Shown here: piece after piece, positions 26,808-36,805 of the stretch
Numbering within the stretch: the first letter of the stretch is position 1
How the letters are laid out: each line of letters starts with the position of its first letter
NCBI GenBank assembly: GCA_045576795.1
Contig: JAZNHE010000109.1
Coordinates: 1-59,294 of the forward strand
Length of the DNA stretch: 59,294 bases
Origin: Eubacteriales bacterium
GTDB lineage: Bacteria; Bacillota; Clostridia; Oscillospirales; CAG-272
Direction: 5' to 3'
Position numbers and translations under genes: made by a program
The notes under the pieces: generated by a model
Database searches by the model: none
What the model was told of the DNA's origin: nothing
What the model saw: only the letters and a program-made list of their open reading frames with translations

Positions 26808-27790
26808 GGTAAATAGAATGCGTAAATCGGTATGGAGGCAATCAACGTTACGATAATTGCTACAATGCATATGCGGTTTTCACTCCATCCGCATTTTTCA
26901 AGGTGATGATGTATGGGGGCCATTTTGAATACGCGTTTTTTCGTCAGCTTGTATACCAGCACCTGTAGTGTTACCGAGAGTCCCTCAATAACGTATACCG
27001 CACCGAGAAATAGAATTATCAAGGGATTGTTAAGTGTTACCGCACATGCCGCGAGTAAAGCACCGAGATACAGTGAACCGGTATCTCCCATGAATATTTT
27101 AGCAGGATGAAGATTAAATATGAGAAAGCCTGCCATTGCACCTATGAGGGAGGCTGATACATAGCTTATTTCGTCGGATAGCGCACATGAAATATAGAAT
27201 AGCGATACAGATATCGTTAGCGCAACACCGCTTGCCAATCCGTCTATTCCGTCGGTTAGGTTAGCAAAATTTGTTATACCTACCAGTATGATTGCCGTTA
27301 TCGGATAATACCAAATGCCGATGTCGATTTTTCCAAAGGAAAATGATAATACCGAAGCATCATCTATCAGTACATATCGAGCAGCAAGAAATAATACGGT
27401 TATCAAGAATTGGAGTATCAGTTTTTCTTTTGGCTTTAGACCTGCATTTTCCTTGTTTTTCAGTTTGGTAGCATCGTCAATTATGCCGACAACCGAATTG
27501 AGAATCGCATATATGCTTGCGGATATAAGTGACAGTCCTTGTTCTGTTTTATCCTCAATAAAGAGAATGGCAGATGCAATCAATGTTAACGTACTTACCG
27601 ACAATAAAAACGATAGACCGCCCATAGTAGGCGTTCCGGCCTTTGATATATGCCATTGAGGGCCACCTTCATATATAGGTTGCTCGGCTCTTGCTTTAAG
27701 TATTGGAATTATTATTTTCCCTATGACAACAGTAATAGCCAAAGATATAATGAATGCGACTACATAGAGAGGGAATTTGTTATCTGTCAT
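26804..27790 (-). CDS. mraY: Phospho-MurNAc-pentapeptide transferase
   Basis: KAGTPTMGG, IDD, NLTDGIDGLA, PAKIFMGDTGS, MAPIHHHLE. Confidence 0.96.
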   Translation of the reverse strand: MTDNKFPLYVVAFIISLAITVVIGKIIIPILKARAEQPIYEGGPQWHISKAGTPTMGGLSFLLSVSTLTLIASAILFIEDKTEQGLSLISASIYAILNSVVGIIDDATKLKNKENAGLKPKEKLILQFLITVLFLAARYVLIDDASVLSFSFGKIDIGIWYYPITAIILVGITNFANLTDGIDGLASGVALTISVSLFYISCALSDEISYVSASLIGAMAGFLIFNLHPAKIFMGDTGSLYLGALLAACAVTLNNPLIILFLGAVYVIEGLSVTLQVLVYKLTKKRVFKMAPIHHHLEKCGWSENRICIVAIIVTLIASIPIYAFYLP

Positions 27791-29156
27791 TTTTGATCCT
27801 TTCCTCCCGAGCCATTGTATCTGCTATTGCATCAAGTCGTAGCTTTCGGGATGCTTTGAATAGTATCATCTCACCCTTTATGTGCGAGGATTTTATTTGC
27901 TGAATAGATAATCCAATGTTGGTAATATCCGTATTTACATATAGATTGTCGGGATTAAAGCCGTTACCCAGAGCACCTTCTGCGACGTATTCAGCATATG
28001 TCCCGTAGCAGTAAAGGTGTAATATATTTGACTCCGCAACCATTTTTCCTATCTTTCTGTGTATGCGCTTGCTATGCTCTCCAAGCTCAAGCACGTCGCC
28101 CAGGAATACGCCTTTAGGCGCATCGGTGATAGAATGCATATATTCTATATCGGCCTTTATTGAATCGTAGGACGCATTATACGAGTCATCGAGTATTGTG
28201 TAATCTAACATCTGTATAAATCTTTGACGTAAATCGGACTCGGTAATCATACCTATGCCGTTTAATATGCTCTCATTGTCTATACCGCAAGCTTGTGCGG
28301 CAGCAATAGCGAATGCCAGATTGGAAAGGTTATGAAATCCTGAAAGCTCTGTCACAATATTATCCATAGAGCCGTAAGGAGAAATAAAACTATATGGTTT
28401 TGAGTCGCACAACAGACAGAAATCAGCGTGCTTAGATTTTGATGAAACAGTCAGCATATTTACATTATGAGAGGGGAATGATTCGTTATACGGGACCAAC
28501 AAATAACCGTCTGTCATCCCGTCTGTTATTTCGAGCTTGGCTTTTTTTATTTCCTCTCGCGAGCCAAGATTTCCGATATGGGATTCTGATATTGAAGTTA
28601 TTACAGACAGGTTTGGCGAAGCCGTTTTTGACAAAGAGGATATTTCTCCCTTGTGGTTCATTCCGACTTCAAGAATAAGCATTTCCGTATCCTTGGGTGC
28701 GCGGAGAATGGTTGCGGGTAATCCGATGTGGTTGTTGAGGTTTCCATCTGTTGCATGCGTTGAGAGGGAAGAGCCTGCTATTTTGTTTAAGAAGTTTTTT
28801 GTAGTGGTTTTTCCGAGGCTTCCCGTAATAGCGACCGTGCTTTTCAGATTTTTCAATCGTGATTTATAGTAGTGAGCTACTTTTGCCAAAAGATTGTCAT
28901 CCGCCGAAATAAGATGTGCTTGCGAATTTTTTTCTGAAATGACGATACACCCCTTTTGAACAGCTTCATCCACAAACATCTCCGTGTCATAAGCTTCGCC
29001 TTTTACGGGAATGAAAAGGTCGCCCTCTTCACAATCGCGTGTATCGGTGGTTATGAAGCTTATTTTTTTCTTGTAAAGGGAAGGATAAGAGAGACGCATA
29101 TTTGTATTTGCCGCAAGGTCGTATAGGGCAATTGGTATATCAAGATTTATTCTCAT
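27780..29156 (-). CDS. murF: UDP-MurNAc-tripeptide D-Ala-D-Ala ligase
   Basis: ITGSLGKTTTK, NNHIGLP.T, E.GMNHKGEI, DDSYNAS, GDVLELG, FKASR. Confidence 0.92.
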   Translation of the reverse strand: MRINLDIPIALYDLAANTNMRLSYPSLYKKKISFITTDTRDCEEGDLFIPVKGEAYDTEMFVDEAVQKGCIVISEKNSQAHLISADDNLLAKVAHYYKSRLKNLKSTVAITGSLGKTTTKNFLNKIAGSSLSTHATDGNLNNHIGLPATILRAPKDTEMLILEVGMNHKGEISSLSKTASPNLSVITSISESHIGNLGSREEIKKAKLEITDGMTDGYLLVPYNESFPSHNVNMLTVSSKSKHADFCLLCDSKPYSFISPYGSMDNIVTELSGFHNLSNLAFAIAAAQACGIDNESILNGIGMITESDLRQRFIQMLDYTILDDSYNASYDSIKADIEYMHSITDAPKGVFLGDVLELGEHSKRIHRKIGKMVAESNILHLYCYGTYAEYVAEGALGNGFNPDNLYVNTDITNIGLSIQQIKSSHIKGEMILFKASRKLRLDAIADTMAREERIKNDR

Positions 29157-30624
29157 AATTCAACTTTCGCTTTTTAAGTGCTTCTTTAACTATTTCGGAA
29201 TCAGAAGAGCGTAGCGCTTCCTTGCCTGAATTTATGTACAGTTCAGAGCCTTTTCCTATCACGGCGACAATGTCGCCCGACTTGGCATTTTCGATAGCAT
29301 GGTGTATCGCGAAATTGCGACACTTGATAATTTTGTGATTTACGTTTGATATTCCTTCGCTTATATCAGCGGCTATATTCTCAAACGCCTCGCCTCTGTT
29401 GTTGTCCGATGTGATAATGACAAAATCAGAATATAGGCTCGATATCTCTCCCATTGGTTTTCTCTTGCTTTTATCTCTATCGCCTCCGCATCCAAACACG
29501 GTAATGATATTCTGCTTTTGTTTTTTTATTGAAAATAAGAAATTTAAGCAATTGTATAGGGCGAAAGGTGTATGAGCATAGTCGATAATAACGGTAATAT
29601 CATCATAATAAGTCTGCATTCTGCCTGATATGTGTGATATGTTCTCAATTATGCCTTTTGATATACACGGTTTGATGCCCAGCTCCTTTGTGCACCGTAT
29701 AGCCATTATTACGTTATATATATTAAATGCGCCCGGAAGCTGTGTTCTGACCTTGCATATTAGATCCTTTTCTCTATAGAAAAACTCCGTTCCATGTAGT
29801 CCGGACATCTTTATCTCGGTTGCATATACAGGTGCTGAATTTATTATTCCTATCGCGCTTTTGGTACATTCCGCATTTTCATATGCTAATGCCGAGTATT
29901 TGTCATCCAGGTTGAATAGTGCCGATTTTGTCTGTTGAAACAGACGCATTTTTGTTGAAAAATAGTTATCAATGGTTTTGTGAAAATCAAGATGCTCCGC
30001 AGAAAGATTAGTGAAAATTCCATACTCAAATTTAATTGCCGCTACCTTTTCGAGTGCTATACTGTGACTCGAAACCTCCATCACTACATATTCGCATTTT
30101 GCCTTTTGCATTTTATATAGAGCTTCGTAGAGGAGAGTTGGATCCGGGGTTGTCATTGAGTATTCCTCGGAGCTTTCAATATTACCGTTTATTATTATTT
30201 TTCCTGTGCCAATAAACCCGGTATTATATCCTGCCCTCGATAATATTTCATATATCAGCGTTGCTGTGGTAGTTTTACCGTTTGAGCCTGTTATTCCTAT
30301 TATTTTCATTTTTTCATAGTCGATGCCATACATGTTTGAGCAAGCGTGAGCAAATGCACATCTTGTTGATTCAACTCGTATTACCGTTGAAGTGCCATTC
30401 TTTATTATTTGCCCGTTTTCTACTACTATCGCGTAAGGCATCGAAGAAAATGAAGAGCAATCTACCTCGGTCATTGGCTTATTTACCTTGTTGATTATGT
30501 ATAGCAATCCGCCCTCATAGCTGTCGCTTTCCATTAGAAGAGGTGTGCAAAGCTTATCGTTATCAATATCGCCCTCTATAGAGCATATATTTACGTTATT
30601 TAACAGTTTTCTGATTTCAATCAT
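29140..30624 (-). CDS. murE: UDP-MurNAc-dipeptide diaminopimelate ligase
   Basis: ITGSNGKTT, MTTPD, MEVSSH, EHLDFH, IDYAHTP, VFGCGGDRDKSKR, DNNR. Start set at ATG 30624 with a GGAGA RBS. Confidence 0.93.
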   Translation of the reverse strand: MIEIRKLLNNVNICSIEGDIDNDKLCTPLLMESDSYEGGLLYIINKVNKPMTEVDCSSFSSMPYAIVVENGQIIKNGTSTVIRVESTRCAFAHACSNMYGIDYEKMKIIGITGSNGKTTTATLIYEILSRAGYNTGFIGTGKIIINGNIESSEEYSMTTPDPTLLYEALYKMQKAKCEYVVMEVSSHSIALEKVAAIKFEYGIFTNLSAEHLDFHKTIDNYFSTKMRLFQQTKSALFNLDDKYSALAYENAECTKSAIGIINSAPVYATEIKMSGLHGTEFFYREKDLICKVRTQLPGAFNIYNVIMAIRCTKELGIKPCISKGIIENISHISGRMQTYYDDITVIIDYAHTPFALYNCLNFLFSIKKQKQNIITVFGCGGDRDKSKRKPMGEISSLYSDFVIITSDNNRGEAFENIAADISEGISNVNHKIIKCRNFAIHHAIENAKSGDIVAVIGKGSELYINSGKEALRSSDSEIVKEALKKRKLNYENKS

Positions 30625-30635
30625 ATAATTTTCTC

Positions 30636-32888
30636 CTAATCTTCGAAGTCCAGTCCCAACAGCGTCAAATTTATCACAGTTCCACGTTTCACCCGTGCTC
30701 CGACAGGGATACTTTGAGAAACGACGGTGAGTGTTGTGCATCTTGATGAAATAGATCCTTCAATACTGAGATTTAGTCCGGCATTTGACAGAACTATATT
30801 CGCATCCTTTATGCTCAGGCCAACAAGTGATGGAACAATTATATAATCTTCATCACGTTTTTCGGTGTACAGGTAAATTGTTGAGGATGGAATTATGATA
30901 TCAGTATTAGCTGCAGGAACTTGCGACAGAATTACGTCGCCACTTCCGATTACAGTATATTTTATTCCCGAGGAATCAAGTGATTTAGATATTGCATCCA
31001 CATCGCCTCCTACGTAATTACCAACCGAGAATGTGTTGGAGTCCTTACTTGACTTGTACTCCAGATAGGGAAGAATTTCGGTAAGCAAGGATGAAACATA
31101 CGGAGCGGCTACTACAGAGCCATACTTAACTGTGCTTTGTGGTTCGTCTACTACTATTATTACTGCAATCCCTTTTGCATTGGACGGAGCAAAAGCAACG
31201 GTAGAGCCGATTCGCAGGTAGGAATTGCCGTTTTCATCGAGTATATCGAACTTTTGGGATGTGCCCGTTTTTGCCGCTACCATATAACCGTCTACGTATG
31301 CATTTTTTGCTCCACCGTCACCGCTTACACCTTCTTCCAGCACTGCAGCAACGGTTTTTGCAACATCCTCCGAGATAACTCTGTGTTTTACTACGGTGTC
31401 GTGCGAGTATAAAATATTTCCGTCTGCATCTACGGCCTTTTCGACTACGTAGGGCTCTACGAGATTTCCTCCGTTTGCAACGACTGCAATTGCGGTAAGC
31501 TGATTGATTATTGTAACCTTGAATCTTTGACCGAATGATGCTGTTGCAAGTTCAGTTGGACCGATATTTTCAGCTGCGTGAAATATAGTCGATGCTTCGC
31601 CCGGAAGGTCGATTCCGGTTTTTTCAAAATACCCGAATTTTTCAACGTATTCGTAGAAATTATCAGCGCCGATTCTTTCCGCAAGTGTCATCATAGTTGG
31701 GTTGCAGGACATTTGCAGACCGTAGGCAAGAGTAAATCCGCTTCCGTGTCCCGTCGTCTTATGACACTTTATACGCCACCCACCTACGGTGTGATATCCG
31801 TGACATGAGAATCTGTCATTCATATCCGCAACGCCGAGGTCGAGTGCCGCTGATACGGTAACTATTTTGAATGTGGAACCGGGCTCATAGGTTTCGGTTA
31901 TTGCTTTATTTGCCCACATTCTTTGCATTAATTCGGATTTTAGCGCGTTATATTCTTGACTGCCTACAATTAAATTGCTGTTTTTAAGTTTTTCGCTTGA
32001 TTTTGCATCCAATAAAAATGGTGAATTGGGATTAAACGGTGAAGATGTTGCCATTGCGAGTATAGCGCCGCTCTCAGTATCCATCACTATTCCCGTAACT
32101 CTGTTGGTAACATCATGATTGTTTTCTATGAGCTCGAGTTGTGTTTCAAGCTGTTTCTGTATATACGAATCAATGGTCGTTACTATGCTACAGCCGTCCT
32201 CAGCAGGGGTAGTGGTTATGTATTCACCGGGCATTGCGTTTCCACCGGCATCCTTAGCATATAGATAATATCCGTCTTTGCCTGCGAGAACGCTATTGTA
32301 TTGATATTCAAGACCGTATAAGCCTTGACCGTCAGTGCCTGTGAATCCTATCACATGGGCGGCGAGTGTTTCCTCTGGGTAGTAACGTGATGTCTGTGCT
32401 TCCGTAAATACCAGGTCATCAAGTGCATTTTTTAGTGTGAATTTTATGACAGAACGATATTCTTCCTCGGTCGCGGCCTTCTTGATAGTAACATCCAATT
32501 GTTTTGTTTCTGTTATTTTTTTATGTATTTCTTCGGCATTAACTGATAGAATTTCTGACAATCCGTCGGCAATAATTTTTGCATAATCTACCTTATCCTT
32601 TTTCGTCCTTTTTTTGATTTCTTTTGTTGATATGAATATTCTCCATGAGGTTTTTGACGTTGCCAACTCGTTCATATTACGATCGTATATGATACCGCGC
32701 TCCGCTTTTAATTTAGAAGATGTAGTAATTTGATCAAATGTCTTTTCTTTATAATATTCGTACAAGAAATAGTCAATACGAAAAATATTAATTAAAAGGA
32801 TAACTGCTATCAATAGAAATGTTAATAGTACAATACCGGCTCTCTTTGCGGTTTTTTGCTTATTTAGAGAAATTTTGCTTTTTAGCAT
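30636..32888 (-). CDS. spoVD: Class B penicillin-binding protein (SpoVD/FtsI type) with two PASTA domains
   Basis: N-terminal TM, RG.IYDRN, R.YP, GLYGLE, EPGSTFK (SxxK), SCN, KTGT, C-terminal PASTA repeats; dcw position. Confidence 0.9.
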   Translation of the reverse strand: MLKSKISLNKQKTAKRAGIVLLTFLLIAVILLINIFRIDYFLYEYYKEKTFDQITTSSKLKAERGIIYDRNMNELATSKTSWRIFISTKEIKKRTKKDKVDYAKIIADGLSEILSVNAEEIHKKITETKQLDVTIKKAATEEEYRSVIKFTLKNALDDLVFTEAQTSRYYPEETLAAHVIGFTGTDGQGLYGLEYQYNSVLAGKDGYYLYAKDAGGNAMPGEYITTTPAEDGCSIVTTIDSYIQKQLETQLELIENNHDVTNRVTGIVMDTESGAILAMATSSPFNPNSPFLLDAKSSEKLKNSNLIVGSQEYNALKSELMQRMWANKAITETYEPGSTFKIVTVSAALDLGVADMNDRFSCHGYHTVGGWRIKCHKTTGHGSGFTLAYGLQMSCNPTMMTLAERIGADNFYEYVEKFGYFEKTGIDLPGEASTIFHAAENIGPTELATASFGQRFKVTIINQLTAIAVVANGGNLVEPYVVEKAVDADGNILYSHDTVVKHRVISEDVAKTVAAVLEEGVSGDGGAKNAYVDGYMVAAKTGTSQKFDILDENGNSYLRIGSTVAFAPSNAKGIAVIIVVDEPQSTVKYGSVVAAPYVSSLLTEILPYLEYKSSKDSNTFSVGNYVGGDVDAISKSLDSSGIKYTVIGSGDVILSQVPAANTDIIIPSSTIYLYTEKRDEDYIIVPSLVGLSIKDANIVLSNAGLNLSIEGSISSRCTTLTVVSQSIPVGARVKRGTVINLTLLGLDFED

Positions 32889-32909
32889 TTTCTTTTCCTT
32901 TAGTAAAAT

Positions 32910-32950
32910 AAAAAAATATAGCGACGGCAGTAGTGCCATCGCTATATTTT
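32910..32950 (-). terminator. Terminator-like hairpin between the rsmH-downstream ORF and the PBP gene
   Basis: The minus strand reads ATATAGCGATGGCA-CTAC-TGCCGTCGCTATAT followed by a T-run. Confidence 0.65.
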
Positions 32951-32982
32951 ATGTATATATATAATATAATATGTAGGAAAAA

Positions 32983-33435
32983 TTAATTATCCTGGTTTTC
33001 AACCTCGTATTCTACAGCTTCTTCATCAACCTCGGGAGTTACGGTTTCAACGTAATCTGTTCCTTCTGCTTCAGCGGTATAGGGAAGAGCGGTCTTGCCG
33101 TTCAATGCGAATACTCCGCAAGAGAATATAAGTGCGCAAGCTGCAGTTGCTGAGAGAATAGCGGACAAAGAGGTACGGAAGGGGAAGTTTCTGATAGTCT
33201 TATCCTTGATGGGAGCCTGCTTAACTGTAAGCTTGTCGTTTATGTATTCAACTACTGTTGCAAGTGATGTATTTCTTGCTGTTGTGGTAGCGATAGGAAG
33301 GGCAGTTTCCGCTCTCTTATTAGCCTTCATTCTCATAAAGTCGCCTACTGTACATTCCTGACCGTTGTGTATTACTGTAAACTGCTGTCTTAAGTTAGTG
33401 TATAAAGCATCATATGCATTCATCGTTGTAGTCAT
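32983..33435 (-). CDS. Hypothetical membrane protein at the ftsL position
   Basis: AGGAGA RBS; one hydrophobic stretch (LSAILSATAACALIFSCGVFAL) and an acidic tail; codon usage resembles highly expressed genes. Confidence 0.75.
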   Translation of the reverse strand: MTTTMNAYDALYTNLRQQFTVIHNGQECTVGDFMRMKANKRAETALPIATTTARNTSLATVVEYINDKLTVKQAPIKDKTIRNFPFRTSLSAILSATAACALIFSCGVFALNGKTALPYTAEAEGTDYVETVTPEVDEEAVEYEVENQDN

Positions 33436-33454
33436 TGTCGTATCTCCTTGTTTT

Positions 33455-34399
33455 TCAAATCTTTTCCGCTACTCTGAGCTTTGCGCTTCGTGAGCGAGGG
33501 TTATTGTTTAATTCTTCTTCTGATGGAAGGATTGGTTTTTTTGAAATTTCTTTTATTATAGGCTTGTTACCGCACACGCAGACAGGGAAATCTCGCGGAC
33601 AGGTACATCCTTTGGATAATTCTTTATAACTTTGTTTAACAATTCTATCTTCCAAAGAATGGAACGATATGATTGCTATTCTTCCGCCCTCAACCATATT
33701 CGATGCTGCGGCAGTGATTACGGGGTTTATAGAGTCTAATTCACCGTTTACCTCAATCCTGATGGCTTGAAACGTTCGCTTTGCCGGGTGAGGTCCGTCA
33801 ACTCTTGCAGCTGCCGGTATTGCTTGTTTGATAACATCTACAAGCTCCGCGGTGGTTTCAATCGGTGAATCGTTTCTTCTTTTACATATTGCAGAAGCTA
33901 TCCTCGGAGCAAAACGCTCCTCTCCGTAATCGTATATAATTCTTTTTAGTTCATTTTCTGAATATTCGTTTACGACCTTGTAAGCCGATAGGGGAGAGTC
34001 TGTGTCCATCCTCATATCCAGTTTAGCATCGTGCATATAACTGAATCCTCTTTCGGGGACGTCAAATTGATGTGAACTGCATCCGAGATCGGCAAGCACG
34101 CCGCCAAGATTATCAACCTTTAATTCCTTCAGCACGTTGCCGAGGGAAGAGAAGTTATCATTAATAAATATAATTCTATCTAAATAATCTTTTAAGCGTT
34201 CTGTTGCAGCGGCTATGGCGTTTTTATCTCTGTCAAAGCAAATCAACCTGGAATTTTTACCCATCCGCTTTGCTATTTCGAGTGAGTGACCGCCGCCACC
34301 GGTTGTACAGTCTACGTAAGTGTAACCGTCGCGGATATTCAACGCTTCAATGCATTCAAAAAGGAGAACCGATGTGTGCGAAAAATTCATATTTGACAT
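33455..34399 (-). CDS. rsmH: 16S rRNA m4C1402 methyltransferase
   Basis: HTSVLL.E, DCT.GGGGHS, DLGCSS.Q, RGFSY..D..LDMRM, FQAIRIEVN, SFHSLEDR, NPRSRSAKLR. Confidence 0.97.
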   Translation of the reverse strand: MSNMNFSHTSVLLFECIEALNIRDGYTYVDCTTGGGGHSLEIAKRMGKNSRLICFDRDKNAIAAATERLKDYLDRIIFINDNFSSLGNVLKELKVDNLGGVLADLGCSSHQFDVPERGFSYMHDAKLDMRMDTDSPLSAYKVVNEYSENELKRIIYDYGEERFAPRIASAICKRRNDSPIETTAELVDVIKQAIPAAARVDGPHPAKRTFQAIRIEVNGELDSINPVITAAASNMVEGGRIAIISFHSLEDRIVKQSYKELSKGCTCPRDFPVCVCGNKPIIKEISKKPILPSEEELNNNPRSRSAKLRVAEKI

Positions 34400-34418
34400 A
34401 GTGGTTTCCTCTTGTACA

Positions 34419-34841
34419 TCATAAGCCGTATGAGTTCATAATCTGGCGTATCTTGTCGAGGTCTCTGTTTTGCTCTCTCTGATCCCAGATTTCTTCAGCC
34501 CAAATTCTTATCTGTCTGCCGTTACCAACGAATACGATGTTCTTTTTTATGCCGGCGTGTGCGGCAAGTCTTTCGTCGAGGATTATTCTTCCGTTTGAAT
34601 CGGGTACGCATTTCTGTGCTATACCGAGAAGGAAATCCTGCACCTCAAGAGCTTCTGTTTCGGGGAGCTTCTGGATTTTATCAACGTATTCTTCCCAGTC
34701 CTCAGCGGTGTATATGGAGAGATATGTATCGAATTTTCTCGTTATGTAGAATTCTTCACCAAGCTCTTCGCGGAACTTAGCAGGTATGAAGACTCTGTTC
34801 TTTGCATCGAGCGAATGCTTGAATGAGCTTACGAATGACAT
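34419..34841 (-). CDS. mraZ: Transcriptional regulator MraZ
   Basis: HSLDAKNR..IPAKFR and PDSNGRI repeats; first gene of the dcw cluster. Confidence 0.95.
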   Translation of the reverse strand: MSFVSSFKHSLDAKNRVFIPAKFREELGEEFYITRKFDTYLSIYTAEDWEEYVDKIQKLPETEALEVQDFLLGIAQKCVPDSNGRIILDERLAAHAGIKKNIVFVGNGRQIRIWAEEIWDQREQNRDLDKIRQIMNSYGL

Positions 34842-34905
34842 TTCTTTCTCCTTTCTACCGTTTTTGGATGTTTGTAGGGAATTCGCTGTTAAAAGTAGGA
34901 AAAAT

Positions 34906-34970
34906 CAATCACTTTAACCCACTTTGCCCCACTTTGATACTATTATAATACATATATAGAAAAAAATCAA
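34906..34970 (-). promoter_or_regulatory. mraZ promoter with three MraZ-box direct repeats
   Basis: TTGATT-17-TATAAT (34970-34942), followed by AAAGTGGGGC-AAAGTGGGTT-AAAGTGATTG at a 10-bp period, as for known MraZ GTGG boxes. Confidence 0.8.
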
Positions 34971-35104
34971 TAGTTTTTTGAAAAAAAGTTCAAAAAAAAT
35001 TTAAAAATATTTTTCGCTAAATAAAACTTTGAAAAAACTCTTCCATTATAGAGATATTTGTGGTAAAATAGTAGTAAATAAATCAAATTCAATGGTAGGG
35101 CTTT

Positions 35105-35443
35105 ATGTCGCTTTTTAAGAGAATTTTTGGCATTGGAAAAAATCCGGACAGCTTTGAATACAAGCTTAATAGGGCACGTGAGCTTCACGGGCAGGCTGTT
35201 AAATATGTCACAGAGCGAATAGACGGTAATGAGGAGATTATAGGCAGAGGCGGATCCCTCGCCATACATGAAGACAAATTTATTATAGATTCGTCCGGGG
35301 AACGTCTGTTGGTTACCGAAATCAAGAATCTTGAGGTAAGTTGGCTAATGAGCGGAAACGGAGCGGTTATAAAAGCTCCTAATCTTCTTGAAAATGGCAG
35401 ACTGCGTGTTGTTACCGTTCATTTTGTATATTATCGCAAATAA
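35105..35443 (+). CDS. Hypothetical protein (112 aa, beta-rich)
   Basis: Clean ORF with host-like codons, first in the run ahead of ispD. Confidence 0.75.
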   Translation: MSLFKRIFGIGKNPDSFEYKLNRARELHGQAVKYVTERIDGNEEIIGRGGSLAIHEDKFIIDSSGERLLVTEIKNLEVSWLMSGNGAVIKAPNLLENGRLRVVTVHFVYYRK

Positions 35444-35463
35444 ATTTTCGGGTGGAATTTCTA

Positions 35464-36153
35464 ATGAAGAAATATAGTGTTACAGGTATTATACTTGCAG
35501 GCGGTATAGGCAGTAGAATGTCTTCTGATATTACCAAACAGCTTATGCAACTCGGAGGGAAAACAATATTGCTCCGATGCGCAGAGGCGTATGACAATTG
35601 CAAAGATATAGACAGGATTATTATAGTAGTGCGAAAAGAGGAGCTCGAATCTATAACAGCAGATTTGGAGAGTCACATCAATAAACCGTTTTCGATAGTA
35701 ATTGGCGGAAAAACAAGGGCAGAGTCTGCAATCAATGGATTTAATGCAGATAACTCCGAATCCGAATATATAGCCATACACGACGCAGCTCGCTGTCTTA
35801 TAACGCCTGATGATATATCAAAAGTAGTGTGTGCGGCAAAGGAATTTGGCGCGGCGACCGCCGCCTGTGCGGTAACCGACACCTTGAAGGTTGTCGATGA
35901 TATGTATATTTCTTATACGCTCTCAAGATCAAAGGTTTATCGCGCACAGACTCCTCAGGTCTTTAGGAACGATGATTATTCTCGTGCAGTATCATCATTC
36001 CGTGGTGAGTTATCCGATGTTACCGATGACAATATGCTTGTTGAGGCATTGGGTATAAAAATTCGCTGTGTTGATATTGGATCGTCGAATATTAAAATAA
36101 CTACAATGGAAGACATCTTTGTTGCTGATTCCATTCTTAAGAAAAGGGGTTAA
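35464..36153 (+). CDS. ispD: 2-C-methyl-D-erythritol 4-phosphate cytidylyltransferase
   Basis: [44 protein letters not shown]. Confidence 0.95.
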   Translation: MKKYSVTGIILAGGIGSRMSSDITKQLMQLGGKTILLRCAEAYDNCKDIDRIIIVVRKEELESITADLESHINKPFSIVIGGKTRAESAINGFNADNSESEYIAIHDAARCLITPDDISKVVCAAKEFGAATAACAVTDTLKVVDDMYISYTLSRSKVYRAQTPQVFRNDDYSRAVSSFRGELSDVTDDNMLVEALGIKIRCVDIGSSNIKITTMEDIFVADSILKKRG

Positions 36154-36158
36154 TCCTT

Positions 36159-36641
36159 ATGTGCAATTACAGAGTAGGTCATGGATATGATGTTCATAGG
36201 CTTGTAGAAGAAAGAAAGCTTATTCTCGGTGGGGTCGATATACCGTATAGCAAGGGGTTGCTCGGCCATTCCGATGCAGACGTTCTTACACATGCCGTTA
36301 TGGATGCTTTACTCGGTGCTGCCGGACTCGGAGATATAGGTCGACATTTTCCCGACACTAATGATGAGTATCTCGGCATATCGAGCATAACACTTTTGAT
36401 GAAGGTAAGGGAGCTTTTGAGCACTAAAGGGTTCTCCGCTGTGAATATTGATGCCACAGTTGTTTTGCAAAAGCCCAAGCTTTTGCCTTATATCGAAAAA
36501 ATGGTTTCGAATATTTCGTTTGCCTTAAATCTTGCGCAGGACTGCATTAATATAAAGGCTACTACTGAAGAAAAACTCGGATTCACAGGAAGTGAAGAAG
36601 GGATTGCCGCACATGCTGTGGCACTTATAGAAAAACAATAA
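36159..36641 (+). CDS. ispF: 2-C-methyl-D-erythritol 2,4-cyclodiphosphate synthase
   Basis: [39 protein letters not shown]. Confidence 0.97.
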   Translation: MCNYRVGHGYDVHRLVEERKLILGGVDIPYSKGLLGHSDADVLTHAVMDALLGAAGLGDIGRHFPDTNDEYLGISSITLLMKVRELLSTKGFSAVNIDATVVLQKPKLLPYIEKMVSNISFALNLAQDCINIKATTEEKLGFTGSEEGIAAHAVALIEKQ

Positions 36642-36778
36642 AAAGGCTGCCGCAATTTAGCGGCAACCCATATGGGAAAGCGTGTCACAGACGTAATATT
36701 CGTTCACGTCTTGCATTTTTATGTCGGCGTCTGTGATGTGGCGCGTTGTTTCCCTTAAACAGTTTATGTATACATAAA
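36640..36778. other. Intergenic structured region: terminator-like hairpin, ~80-nt long hairpin and 16-bp perfect palindrome
   Basis: GGCTGCCGC/GCGGCAACC with an A-tract on its left; GGGAAA..TCACAGACG/CGTCTGTGA..TTTCCC; TTTATGTATACATAAA at 36763-36778. Confidence 0.55.
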
Positions 36779-36805
36779 TAATTTGCTACGAAATGAGAGA
36801 GAATT

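Noticed and set aside
25638-30741. Long N-terminal extensions in the ORF track (ftsW, murE; likewise rpsR, metK, whiA, efp and the TerB-N gene)
   Set aside because: Downstream starts have proper RBSs or translational coupling and avoid overlapping neighbouring genes, promoters or the riboswitch.
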